From positions 11,839 through 75,838 of the forward strand of contig QHTB01000128.1 in assembly GCA_003220615.1 (NCBI GenBank): DNA of 64,000 nucleotides, given 5' to 3'. Origin of the DNA: Candidatus Rokuibacteriota bacterium. GTDB lineage: Bacteria; Methylomirabilota; Methylomirabilia; Rokubacteriales; CSP1-6. Every line of letters begins with the position of its first letter. Positions within the stretch are counted from its first letter, which is position 1. Both the position numbers and the translations under genes were made by a program. The notes under the pieces were generated by a model. That model had not been told where the DNA came from, did not search any database, and saw nothing but the letters and a program-made list of their open reading frames with translations. This document shows, one piece after another, positions 9,069 to 18,939 of the stretch.

Positions 9069-11432
9069 ATGCTCGGCGAGATCCTCGATGATCTCTTGAC
9101 ATCACCGTCGACCGGGCCCTGCATCACCGCACTCCGACAGCTTCCCGCGCGCCCGCCGGTCTTCGTCCCGCTCCCGACGTCGGTCGATCCTCGGCTCGCG
9201 GAGGCGCTCCGTGCCCGCGGGATCAGTCAGCTCTACTCACACCAGGCCAAGGCATGGGCCTTGATCGAGAAGGGCCAGCACGTCGTCGTCGTGACGCCGA
9301 CGGCGTCGGGAAAGACGCTCTGCTACAACCTGCCCGTGCTGCAGGCGCTGCTCGGTCAGCCCGACGCGCGCGTGCTCTATCTCTTTCCGACCAAGGCGCT
9401 CGCCCAGGATCAGCTCGCCGAGCTCGAAACGATCGCCAAGGCCCTGCCCGAGCTCCGCATGTTCACCTACGATGGGGATACGCCGCAGGACGCGCGGCGG
9501 GCCGTGCGGGCGCGCGCCAACCTGGTCCTGACCAACCCCGACATGCTGCACTCGGGGATCTTGCCGCATCACACGAAGTGGGCCGTGCTCTTCCAGAATC
9601 TCCGCTACGTCGTCATCGACGAGCTCCACGCGTATCGTGGTGTCTTCGGCAGTCACGTGGCGAACGTCATGCGTCGTCTGCGCCGTCTCTGTCGTCATTA
9701 CGGGTCGGCGCCGCAATTCATCATGGCGTCCGCCACGATTGCGAATCCTGGTGAGCTGGGCGGGCGGATCATCGGGGAGAGCGTGGAGGAGGTCGCCGAG
9801 AGCGGAGCCCCCACCGGCGACAAGCTCTTCCTCTGCTACAACCCCCCGGTCGTCAATCCCGAGCTGGGGATCCGCGCGCCGTACCTCGGCGAAGCGGCCA
9901 GGCTGGCGACACGGTTCCTGCGCGAAAAGATCCCGACGATCGTGTTCGCCCAGAGTCGGCTGTCGACCGAGGTGCTCCTGACCGCCATCAAGACCGGTGT
10001 CGCCGACAAGACCGGCGATGCCGGCATCGTCCGCGGCTACCGGGGTGGCTATCTGCCGTCGCGACGGCGCGCGGTGGAGCAAGGGCTCCGCGCCGGCGAG
10101 GTGCTGGGCGTCGTTTCCACGAACGCCCTCGAGCTCGGCGTCGATATCGGACATCTCGACGTCGCCGTGTTGGCCGGCTACCCGGGGACGATCGCCTCGC
10201 TCTGGCAGCAGAGTGGCCGAGCCGGCCGACGTTCGGGCACCTCGGCGGCCGTCTTCGTCGCGAGCAGCGCCCCCCTCGATCAGTTCATGGTCACGCATCC
10301 GGAGTACCTGTTCGGGGCCTCGCCCGAGCACGCACGCGTCAACCCCGACAACCCGTTCATCCTCGTCAACCACCTGAAGTGCGCGGCGTTCGAGCTGCCG
10401 TTCGCGCCGAGCGCCGCCGGCCAGAGCGTCGAGACGTTCGGCGAGGTCGACGTGCGCCGCGAGCTGGCCGCCCTCGAGGACGAAGGACTCCTCCACCAGG
10501 CGGGCGGGCGGTGGCACTGGGCCTCGGAAACCTATCCGGCCGACCACGTCTCGCTCCGGACGGTGACCACCGACAACTTCCTGGTGATCGACACCACCGC
10601 ACGCGACGAGAAGCAGACCAAGCGGCGCCAGATCATCGCCGAGGTTGACTGGAGCAGCGCCTTCGCCACGATCTACCCGAAGGCGATCTACCTGGTCGAG
10701 AGCGTGCCCTACGAAGTTCAGGAGCTTCACTTCCGCGAGGACGAGGAAAAGGTCGCGTACGTCAAACGGGTGTCCGTTGATTATTTCACCGACGCCATCA
10801 GTGCCAAGGGCGTCTGGATCCTGCGCCGGCTCGCCGAGCGCGAGCATTCCGCCTACGTCGCCGAACAGGGCGAGGTCCTGGTGGCGGAGAAAGTCGTCGG
10901 CTTCAAGAAGATCAAGATGGGGACGCTCGAGAACGTCGGATCGGGTGAGGTGGAGCTGCCCCAGCAGGAAATGCAGACGACGAGCGCCTGGGTGACTATT
11001 GCTCCCGACGCCCTCGCGCGCATCAGTTCCTCACGTGAGGAGCTGATCGATGGTCTTCGCGCCGTCGGATACCTCCTGCATCATCTCGCGCCCATCTTCC
11101 TGCTCTGCGACATCCGCGACCTCGGCTCCTGGCTGGGCGACACCACGCCGGCCCAGCCGGGCGCCGTGGTGACCCGCGAGTCGGCGCGCCGGCGCTTGCT
11201 CGAGGCCGAGCGCTTCAACCCGACGATCTATCTCTACGACAGCCACGCGGGTGGCATCGGTCTCGCCGAGCGGGTGTTCGATGTCCTCCCGCTGCTGTTC
11301 GAGCGCGGCCGGGACACGCTCGGGGCCTGCCCGTGCCGCTTCGGATGCCCCTCGTGCGTGGGGCCCGTGAACGAGGTGGGCCGACGAGCCAAGGCCACCG
11401 CCGCTGCCCTCCTCCGTGAGCTCACCCGCTGA
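9069..11432 (+). CDS. mrfA: DEAD/DEAH-box helicase with C-terminal DUF1998 (MZB) four-Cys domain, MrfA/YprA-like
   Basis: Walker A TPTASGKT, DEAH-type VIDELH, helicase C-domain, and C-terminal CPCRFGCPSCVGP. It is followed by a YprB-like exonuclease gene. The ORF opens at a TTG at 9030, but the ATG at 9069 is preferred. Confidence 0.75.
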   Translation: MLGEILDDLLTSPSTGPCITALRQLPARPPVFVPLPTSVDPRLAEALRARGISQLYSHQAKAWALIEKGQHVVVVTPTASGKTLCYNLPVLQALLGQPDARVLYLFPTKALAQDQLAELETIAKALPELRMFTYDGDTPQDARRAVRARANLVLTNPDMLHSGILPHHTKWAVLFQNLRYVVIDELHAYRGVFGSHVANVMRRLRRLCRHYGSAPQFIMASATIANPGELGGRIIGESVEEVAESGAPTGDKLFLCYNPPVVNPELGIRAPYLGEAARLATRFLREKIPTIVFAQSRLSTEVLLTAIKTGVADKTGDAGIVRGYRGGYLPSRRRAVEQGLRAGEVLGVVSTNALELGVDIGHLDVAVLAGYPGTIASLWQQSGRAGRRSGTSAAVFVASSAPLDQFMVTHPEYLFGASPEHARVNPDNPFILVNHLKCAAFELPFAPSAAGQSVETFGEVDVRRELAALEDEGLLHQAGGRWHWASETYPADHVSLRTVTTDNFLVIDTTARDEKQTKRRQIIAEVDWSSAFATIYPKAIYLVESVPYEVQELHFREDEEKVAYVKRVSVDYFTDAISAKGVWILRRLAEREHSAYVAEQGEVLVAEKVVGFKKIKMGTLENVGSGEVELPQQEMQTTSAWVTIAPDALARISSSREELIDGLRAVGYLLHHLAPIFLLCDIRDLGSWLGDTTPAQPGAVVTRESARRRLLEAERFNPTIYLYDSHAGGIGLAERVFDVLPLLFERGRDTLGACPCRFGCPSCVGPVNEVGRRAKATAAALLRELTR

Positions 11433-12651
11433 TCTGAACGGCCGCTCCCGCACGCTCGAAGAGCTTCGCCGGGTCATCCGGCGCATCGAGAACGTGCGGG
11501 CCACACGGCCCGTCCCCGAACCGATCGAGCGCCTCGTCGGCGGAGAAGTCGTGGACACCGGCGGCGGCCCGCTCGTCGTCGTCCGACGCGAATATCCGCT
11601 CTCACATCGCCACGGCCGGCTCGCCCTGGGTGATGCGCTCGACGTCGCGGTGCCGGCACTCGAGTTGCTCGCGCCTCTGGGAGCGCCGTCCGACCCGCGC
11701 GGGCTCCTCTTCCTCGACACCGAGACGACCGGGTTGGCAGGCGGCACCGGCACGTACGCCTTCCTGGTCGGAGCGGCCTTCCTCGAGAACGAACGATTCG
11801 TGCTCGTTCAACATTTCATGCGGGATTTCGACGAGGAATCGGCGCTGCTGGCCGCTCTCGATCCCCTGCTCGACCGGGCCAGTGGCCTCGTGACCTTCAA
11901 CGGCGGGGGCTTCGACCTGCCTCTCCTCGAGACGCGCTTCGTTCTCGCGCGTCGTCGATGGCCGGCGACGCTCGCTCACGTCGATTTGTTGAGGCCCGCA
12001 CGGCGGATGTGGTCGGCCCACTTCGATGACTGCCGGCTACCGACGCTGGAGCGAGAGGTCCTCGGTCTCGTCCGTGAGAACGATGTCCCCGGCTACCTCA
12101 TCCCTGCGCTCTACTTCGATTTCCTCCGCTATCGGCGCGCCGCGCCCCTGGCCCGGGTCTTCGAGCACAACCGGGATGACGTGCTGTCGTTGGCCACGCT
12201 GCTGGGATGGTTCGCTCGTGCCCTCACCGACGATGCCGACCTTGCCGCCGGCGAACTGGCAGGGGTCGGCCGCCTCTGGGAGCGCTGCGATCCGGGGCGG
12301 GCTGCGGTGTACTACGAGCGAGCGCTCTCGGCCGGGCTCGCTGGCGACGAGGGCCACCGGGTTCGCCTCCGGCTCGCGCGGTGGCAGAAGCGCCAGGCCC
12401 GCTGGAACGAGGCGTGCGCGCTGTGGCAGGAGGCGTCGGCGGCCCGTGTCTTCGACGTGACGCCGTGGGAGGAGCTGGCCAAATACCACGAGCATCGACG
12501 GCGCGACTTCGGCACCGCGCTGGGGATCGTCCAGGACGCCCTCGCCCTCGCCCAAGCGTCGAAGGCGCCCGTCCGCGCGCTCGACGCGCTCGTCTATCGC
12601 CTCTCCCGACTCGAGCGCCGAACCCGGCGAGCCGTTACCGCACCGGCGTAA
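11416..12651 (+). CDS. mrfB: RNase H-fold 3'-5' exonuclease with C-terminal TPR-like region, MrfB/YprB-like
   Basis: LLFLDTETTGLAGG (DEDD Exo I-like motif), GFDLPLLETRF, and a helical TPR-like tail. It overlaps the helicase stop by 17 nt. Confidence 0.7.
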   Translation: MSSPADLNGRSRTLEELRRVIRRIENVRATRPVPEPIERLVGGEVVDTGGGPLVVVRREYPLSHRHGRLALGDALDVAVPALELLAPLGAPSDPRGLLFLDTETTGLAGGTGTYAFLVGAAFLENERFVLVQHFMRDFDEESALLAALDPLLDRASGLVTFNGGGFDLPLLETRFVLARRRWPATLAHVDLLRPARRMWSAHFDDCRLPTLEREVLGLVRENDVPGYLIPALYFDFLRYRRAAPLARVFEHNRDDVLSLATLLGWFARALTDDADLAAGELAGVGRLWERCDPGRAAVYYERALSAGLAGDEGHRVRLRLARWQKRQARWNEACALWQEASAARVFDVTPWEELAKYHEHRRRDFGTALGIVQDALALAQASKAPVRALDALVYRLSRLERRTRRAVTAPA

Positions 12652-13594
12652 TCGCCGGTTTTCCCTCGAGCACCGCGACGCAGTTGCGCACGGCGAGAAT
12701 CGCCATGCCCGTCCGGGTGTCGCGGGAGGCGCTGGCGATGTGCGGCGCCAGGACGACGTTCGGTAAAGGCAGCAGGCCCGGATGGATCGTCGGCTCGTCC
12801 TCGAAGACGTCCAGACCGGCGCCGGCGATCCAGCCTTCCCGCAGGGCCCGCACCAGGGCCGCTTCGTCGACGATCGGGCCACGGGCGGCGTTGACGAGCA
12901 CGGCCGTCTTCTTCATCCGCTTCAGCGCCGCTTCGTCGATCAGGTGACGCGTTTCCACTGTCAGGTTGGTGTGGACGGTCACGAAGTCAGCATCGGCCAG
13001 CAGTCGCTCCTTCGTCACGAACGTCGCATTGAACTCGCGCTCGGCAGCGGCGTCGGCGCGCAGGGCGTCGTGATAGAGGATGCTCATGTTGAAACCACCG
13101 GCCCGTCGCGCGACGGCCCGCCCGATCCGCCCGAAGCCGATCACGCCCAGGGTCTTGCCGTGGATGTCAGCCCCCCACAGGAGATCCCACTTCCACGCCT
13201 TCCACTCGCCTGCCCGCGCGTAGCGGTCGGCCTCGACGACCCGTCGGGCGGCCGCCATGAGCAGCGCCCAGGCGAAATCAGCCGTGGTCTCCGTGAGGAC
13301 GTCGGGCGTGTTCGTCACGATCACGCCGTGTCGGGTCGCAGCCGCGACGTCGACGTTGTTGAACCCGACGGCCACGTTCGCCACGACCTTGAGGTCGGGG
13401 CAGGCGGCGAAGACTTCCTCGTCGATGGCGCTGATGATGTGGCAGACCAACGCTTCCTTGCCTTGAAGCCTCCTGATCAACTCAGCCTTCGACAGCGGGA
13501 TGTCTGTTTCGTTGTAGTCCACGGTCCATTCACGAGGAATCAGTGATCGAGCCTCCGCCGGCAAAACGTTTGAAATGAAGACGCTTTCCGCCAT
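12635..13594 (-). CDS. D-isomer-specific 2-hydroxyacid dehydrogenase (glyoxylate/hydroxypyruvate reductase-like)
   Basis: NAD-binding GVIGFGRIGRAVARR, catalytic region NAARGPIVDE and APHIASAS. Overall GhrB/GyaR-like. Confidence 0.85.
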   Translation of the reverse strand: MAESVFISNVLPAEARSLIPREWTVDYNETDIPLSKAELIRRLQGKEALVCHIISAIDEEVFAACPDLKVVANVAVGFNNVDVAAATRHGVIVTNTPDVLTETTADFAWALLMAAARRVVEADRYARAGEWKAWKWDLLWGADIHGKTLGVIGFGRIGRAVARRAGGFNMSILYHDALRADAAAEREFNATFVTKERLLADADFVTVHTNLTVETRHLIDEAALKRMKKTAVLVNAARGPIVDEAALVRALREGWIAGAGLDVFEDEPTIHPGLLPLPNVVLAPHIASASRDTRTGMAILAVRNCVAVLEGKPAITPVR

Positions 13595-13642
13595 TTCCGG
13601 CCCCCGATTTTTCTCTTGACCTGGCCCTGACGCGCGGGTATG

Positions 13643-13669
13643 TTAGCACTCGCTTTTCACGAGTGCTAA
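13643..13669. promoter_or_regulatory. CIRCE operator (HrcA binding site)
   Basis: TTAGCACTC-GCTTTTCAC-GAGTGCTAA is a perfect match to the CIRCE consensus TTAGCACTC-N9-GAGTGCTAA, about 90 nt upstream of groES. Confidence 0.9.
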
Positions 13670-13757
13670 CAGACTTCCGAGGCTAAGGATGGCGAAACGA
13701 ACTGCCGCGACCAAGCCCTCTAGACCCTCTACCACAGATAAAGGAGGCCAGCCGTTT

Positions 13758-15696
<1,939 letters not shown>

Positions 15697-15726
15697 ACCG
15701 TTGGAGTCCGCGCGATGCGCGGGCGA

Positions 15727-15767
15727 CGGCCCGGGTCGGGAAATCGACCCGGGCCGTATCATTTTCA
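15727..15767 (+). terminator. Intrinsic terminator after groEL
   Basis: A 12-bp perfect stem CGGCCCGGGTCG / CGACCCGGGCCG with loop GGAAAT, followed by TATCATTTTC. Confidence 0.7.
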
Positions 15768-15834
15768 CGGCATTGACCTTGCTGCTCTTAGCGTAGTTTG
15801 ATAGCCTAAGGCGCTTTCAGAAGGGGGTGAGCAT

Positions 15835-16176
15835 TTGCGGCCTTACGAAATTCTCGTCATCGCCGATCCTCGGCCCACCGATGAAGAAGTCGCGGCGTTG
15901 CTCACGCAGGTCGGAGAGCAGCTCAAGGGCCTCGGCGCCGACGTCACCAAAGTCGAGAACTGGGGCAAGCGCCGGCTCGCGTACGACATCCGCAAGCAGC
16001 GTGAGGGCACGTACGCGGTCCTCGAAGTGTCCGCCGAGCCGTCGATGATCAAGGAGTTCGAGCGCCAGCTTCGTCTCAACGAGAACGTGCTGCGCTTCCT
16101 CTCCACGCGGGTGCCCATCCGCAAGAAAGCTCGGCCAAGCAAACCGCAACCGGAGGTGCTCGAGGAGGTCGGTTGA
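15835..16176 (+). CDS. rpsF: 30S ribosomal protein S6
   Basis: TTG start preceded by AAGGGGGTGA. Sequence RPYEILVIADP...WGKRRLAYDI. Confidence 0.93.
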   Translation: MRPYEILVIADPRPTDEEVAALLTQVGEQLKGLGADVTKVENWGKRRLAYDIRKQREGTYAVLEVSAEPSMIKEFERQLRLNENVLRFLSTRVPIRKKARPSKPQPEVLEEVG

Positions 16177-16595
16177 TGGCGAGCCTCAACAAAGTCCTGC
16201 TGATCGGTAATCTGACCCGGCCCCCGGAGCTTCGTTACACCCCGAGCGGCACTGCCGTCGCCGACTTGCGCCTGGCCGTGAACCGCAACTACACCACCCA
16301 GGGCGGTGAGAAGCGCGAGGAAGCGACGTTTCTCACGGTCGTCGTGTGGAGCAAGCAAGCGGAATCGTGCGGCGAGTATCTCGACAAGGGCAGCCAGGTC
16401 TTCGTCGAAGGTCGTCTGCAGACGCGGGACTGGGAAGGCAAGGACGGCCAGAAGCGGACGGTGACCGAGGTCGTCGCCGAGCGTGTCCAGTTCATGAGCC
16501 GCGGCAAAGGGACGCCCGCCGCGGCCGTGTCGTCGGCGCCCGCGTTTGCCGGTGACGAGGTGCCGGCAGCGGCCGACGACGACGTTCCCTTCTAG
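16173..16595 (+). CDS. ssb: Single-stranded DNA-binding protein
   Basis: OB fold (MASLNKVLLIGNLTRPPELRYTPSGTAVADLRLAVN) and an acidic C-terminal tip DDDVPF. Confidence 0.93.
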   Translation: MMASLNKVLLIGNLTRPPELRYTPSGTAVADLRLAVNRNYTTQGGEKREEATFLTVVVWSKQAESCGEYLDKGSQVFVEGRLQTRDWEGKDGQKRTVTEVVAERVQFMSRGKGTPAAAVSSAPAFAGDEVPAAADDDVPF

Positions 16596-16616
16596 TCGTT
16601 CAAGGAGGAGTCAGCC

Positions 16617-16865
16617 ATTCCCACGCCTCAGAAGCCTGTCAAGCGCCGCCGGTTCGGCCGGCGGAAGGTCTGCAAATTCTGCGCGGACAAGGTCGATCTC
16701 GTCGATTACAAGGATGTCCGTCGGCTTCGGAACTTCGTCACCGAGCGTGGGAAGATCATTCCCCGGCGCATCTCGGGGAGCTGCGCGCGCCATCAGCGCC
16801 AGCTGACGCACGCCATCAAACGTGCGCGGACGGTGGCCTTGATCCCGTACGTGTCAACGGACTGA
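16617..16865 (+). CDS. rpsR: 30S ribosomal protein S18, apparent ATT start codon
   Basis: Own translation: (I)[81 protein letters not shown]. It is missing from the ORF track because no ATG/GTG/TTG lies in frame upstream of the conserved core. SD AAGGAGG is at 16602-16608, 8 nt before the ATT. Confidence 0.8.
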   Translation: MPTPQKPVKRRRFGRRKVCKFCADKVDLVDYKDVRRLRNFVTERGKIIPRRISGSCARHQRQLTHAIKRARTVALIPYVSTD

Positions 16866-16878
16866 GACCGGAGCCTCG

Positions 16879-17322
16879 ATGAAGATCATTCTTCTGGACG
16901 ACGTCGCCAAGGTGGGCCGCCGAGGTGAGGTTCGTGACGTCTCGGACGGCTACGCTCGCAACTTCCTCATCCCGAAGAAGCTCGCCCTCTCGGCCACCGC
17001 CGGCAATCTGCAGAACCTCGAGCACATCAAGAAACAGCAGGACGCCAAAGCGGGTCGCATCAAGGGCGAGGCCGATACGTTACGGCAGCGCATCGAGGAA
17101 ACGATGTACGAGGAGAAGCGCCAGGCGTCCGAAGAGGGCAAACTCTTCGGATCGGTCACGGCGCAGGATCTCGTCGACTTCCTCGGGCGGCAGGGCGTGA
17201 AGATCGAGCGCCGTCGGGTGCAGCTCGACGAGCCGATCAAGACGCTGGGTGAGACGAGCGTTCCGATTCGCCTGCACCCGGAGGTCACCGCGCAGCTTCG
17301 CGTCAACGTCCTTCGCGAGTAG
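16879..17322 (+). CDS. rplI: 50S ribosomal protein L9
   Basis: MKIILLDDVAKVGRRGEVRDVSDGYARNFLIPKKLA..., in the classic rpsF-ssb-rpsR-rplI order. Confidence 0.93.
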   Translation: MKIILLDDVAKVGRRGEVRDVSDGYARNFLIPKKLALSATAGNLQNLEHIKKQQDAKAGRIKGEADTLRQRIEETMYEEKRQASEEGKLFGSVTAQDLVDFLGRQGVKIERRRVQLDEPIKTLGETSVPIRLHPEVTAQLRVNVLRE

Positions 17323-17340
17323 CGTCCCGCGCGCGATCCG

Positions 17341-17362
17341 CTCGTGGGCCGCGACCCACGAG
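17341..17362 (+). terminator. Hairpin after rplI (weak terminator candidate)
   Basis: CTCGTGGG-CCGCGA-CCCACGAG forms an 8-bp perfect stem. There is no clear U-tract. Confidence 0.4.
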
Positions 17363-17373
17363 GATTGCTCGTC

Positions 17374-17446
17374 TTGTCCACGCGATTTCCACTCGATGTG
17401 CACGTGATACCCACATCGTTGTCCACCGCAGACTGATTTTTTCACA
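17374..17446 (+). promoter_or_regulatory. Cluster of four DnaA-box-like 9-mers upstream of dnaB
   Basis: TTGTCCACG (17374-17382), ATACCCACA (17407-17415), TTGTCCACC (17419-17427) and TTTTTCACA (17438-17446), all in the same orientation, compared with consensus TTWTNCACA. Confidence 0.4.
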
Positions 17447-17520
17447 ATTCTGTTGACCGGCTGCCGCCGTCGCGCCGATGATGCGAACCGCATGCTTCGC
17501 ATCGGGGACACCGCGCTCGC

Positions 17521-18894
17521 ATGAGTCCGTTGGATCTCCCCGCGCGAATCCCACCGCACAACCTCGACGCGGAACGCGCCGTCCTCGGTGCCGTCCTGCT
17601 CGAGGGCCGGGAGACTCTTCCGCGTGTCATCGAGTTGCTGCGGTCCTCCGATTTCTATACCGACGCACACCGGACGATCTACGAGACGATGCAAGGACTG
17701 TTCGACCGCAGCGAGCCCGTCGATCTCATCACGTTGAGCGAGGACCTCCGCCGTGACGGCACGCTGGAATCCGTCGGCGGTCCGGGGGCGCTGGCGCTCC
17801 TCGTCGAGCACGCGTCGATCGCCGCCCATCTCTCGGCCTACGCCGGCATCGTGCGTGACATGGCCGTCCTGCGCGAGCTCATCCAGACCTCGACGCAGAT
17901 CATCGGTCAGGCCTTCGAGGCCAAGGAGGATGTGCAAACCCTCGTCGACGACGCCGAGCGGAAGATCTTCGGGCTCGCCGAGCGCCGGCTCGAAGGCAGC
18001 GCCCTGCCGGTGGGCAAGATTCTCAAGAACACGTTCGAGTACATCGAGCGGCTCTACGAGCGGAAAGAGCACGTCACCGGCGTGGCGACGGGCTTCGAGA
18101 AGCTCGATCTGGAGACGTCGGGTTTGCAGCCGGCCGACTTCGTGATCATCGCCGGTCGACCTAGCATGGGGAAGACCGCCTTCGCCTTGAACATCGCGCA
18201 GCACGTCGGCGTGGCGCTTCACGGCAAGGTGCTCGTGCTCAGTCTGGAAATGTCGGCCCCTCAGCTCGTGCAGCGCATGCTGTGTTCCGAGGCGAAAGTC
18301 GACTCGCAGGCGGTGCGGACCGGTCGTCTCAGCGCTTCCGACTGGCATCGCCTCACGGCGGCGGCGGGCCGGCTCAGTGAAGCCGCGATCTTCATCGACG
18401 ACTCTCCAGGGTTGACCGTCCTGGAGGCCCGCGCCAAGGCGCGCCGGATGAAGGCCGAGCACGGCCTCGACCTTCTCGTCATCGACTACCTGCAACTCAT
18501 GCGCGGGCGGGCGTCGATGGAGAGCCGTCAGCAGGAAATCTCCGAGATCTCCCGGTCACTCAAGGCGCTGGCCAAGGAGCTTCGTGTGCCCGTCGTCGCG
18601 CTGTCCCAGCTCTCGCGGGCCGTGGAGTCGCGGGCCACCCGCGATTTCCGGCCTCAGCTCAGCGACCTTCGCGAGTCGGGTGCGCTCGAGCAGGATGCCG
18701 ACCTGATCCTCTTTCTCTACCGGCAGTCAGCATACAAGGAGGATCTGCCGCCCGACGAGGCGAACATCACCGAGGTCATCATCGGGAAGCAGCGGAACGG
18801 ACCGGTCGGCACCATCAAGGTCGTGTTCCTGCCGCAATACGCGCGCTTCGAGAACGTGGCCGAGTTCCACCGCCAGCCCCAGCCCGCCTTCTGA
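17521..18894 (+). CDS. dnaB: Replicative DNA helicase DnaB
   Basis: IPPHNLDAERAVLGAVLL, Walker A GRPSMGKTAF, and RecA-like C-terminal domain. Confidence 0.95.
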   Translation: MSPLDLPARIPPHNLDAERAVLGAVLLEGRETLPRVIELLRSSDFYTDAHRTIYETMQGLFDRSEPVDLITLSEDLRRDGTLESVGGPGALALLVEHASIAAHLSAYAGIVRDMAVLRELIQTSTQIIGQAFEAKEDVQTLVDDAERKIFGLAERRLEGSALPVGKILKNTFEYIERLYERKEHVTGVATGFEKLDLETSGLQPADFVIIAGRPSMGKTAFALNIAQHVGVALHGKVLVLSLEMSAPQLVQRMLCSEAKVDSQAVRTGRLSASDWHRLTAAAGRLSEAAIFIDDSPGLTVLEARAKARRMKAEHGLDLLVIDYLQLMRGRASMESRQQEISEISRSLKALAKELRVPVVALSQLSRAVESRATRDFRPQLSDLRESGALEQDADLILFLYRQSAYKEDLPPDEANITEVIIGKQRNGPVGTIKVVFLPQYARFENVAEFHRQPQPAF

Positions 18895-18939
18895 TCGGGG
18901 AAGGGTCTCGCGCCCGTCGCCGATGATATTGTCTGATGT

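Noticed and set aside
9069-12651. The DUF1998 helicase as part of a DISARM/Dpd-like anti-phage system.
   Set aside because: The partner is a YprB-type exonuclease, not a DrmB, PLD or methylase set. The flanks are housekeeping genes, and no mobile-element signatures are present.
17323-17520. Chromosomal origin (oriC) at the DnaA-box cluster.
   Set aside because: No AT-rich unwinding element or 13-mer-like repeats are present, and dnaA and dnaN are not nearby. Only one box matches the consensus fully, so promoter-level regulation of dnaB is more economical.
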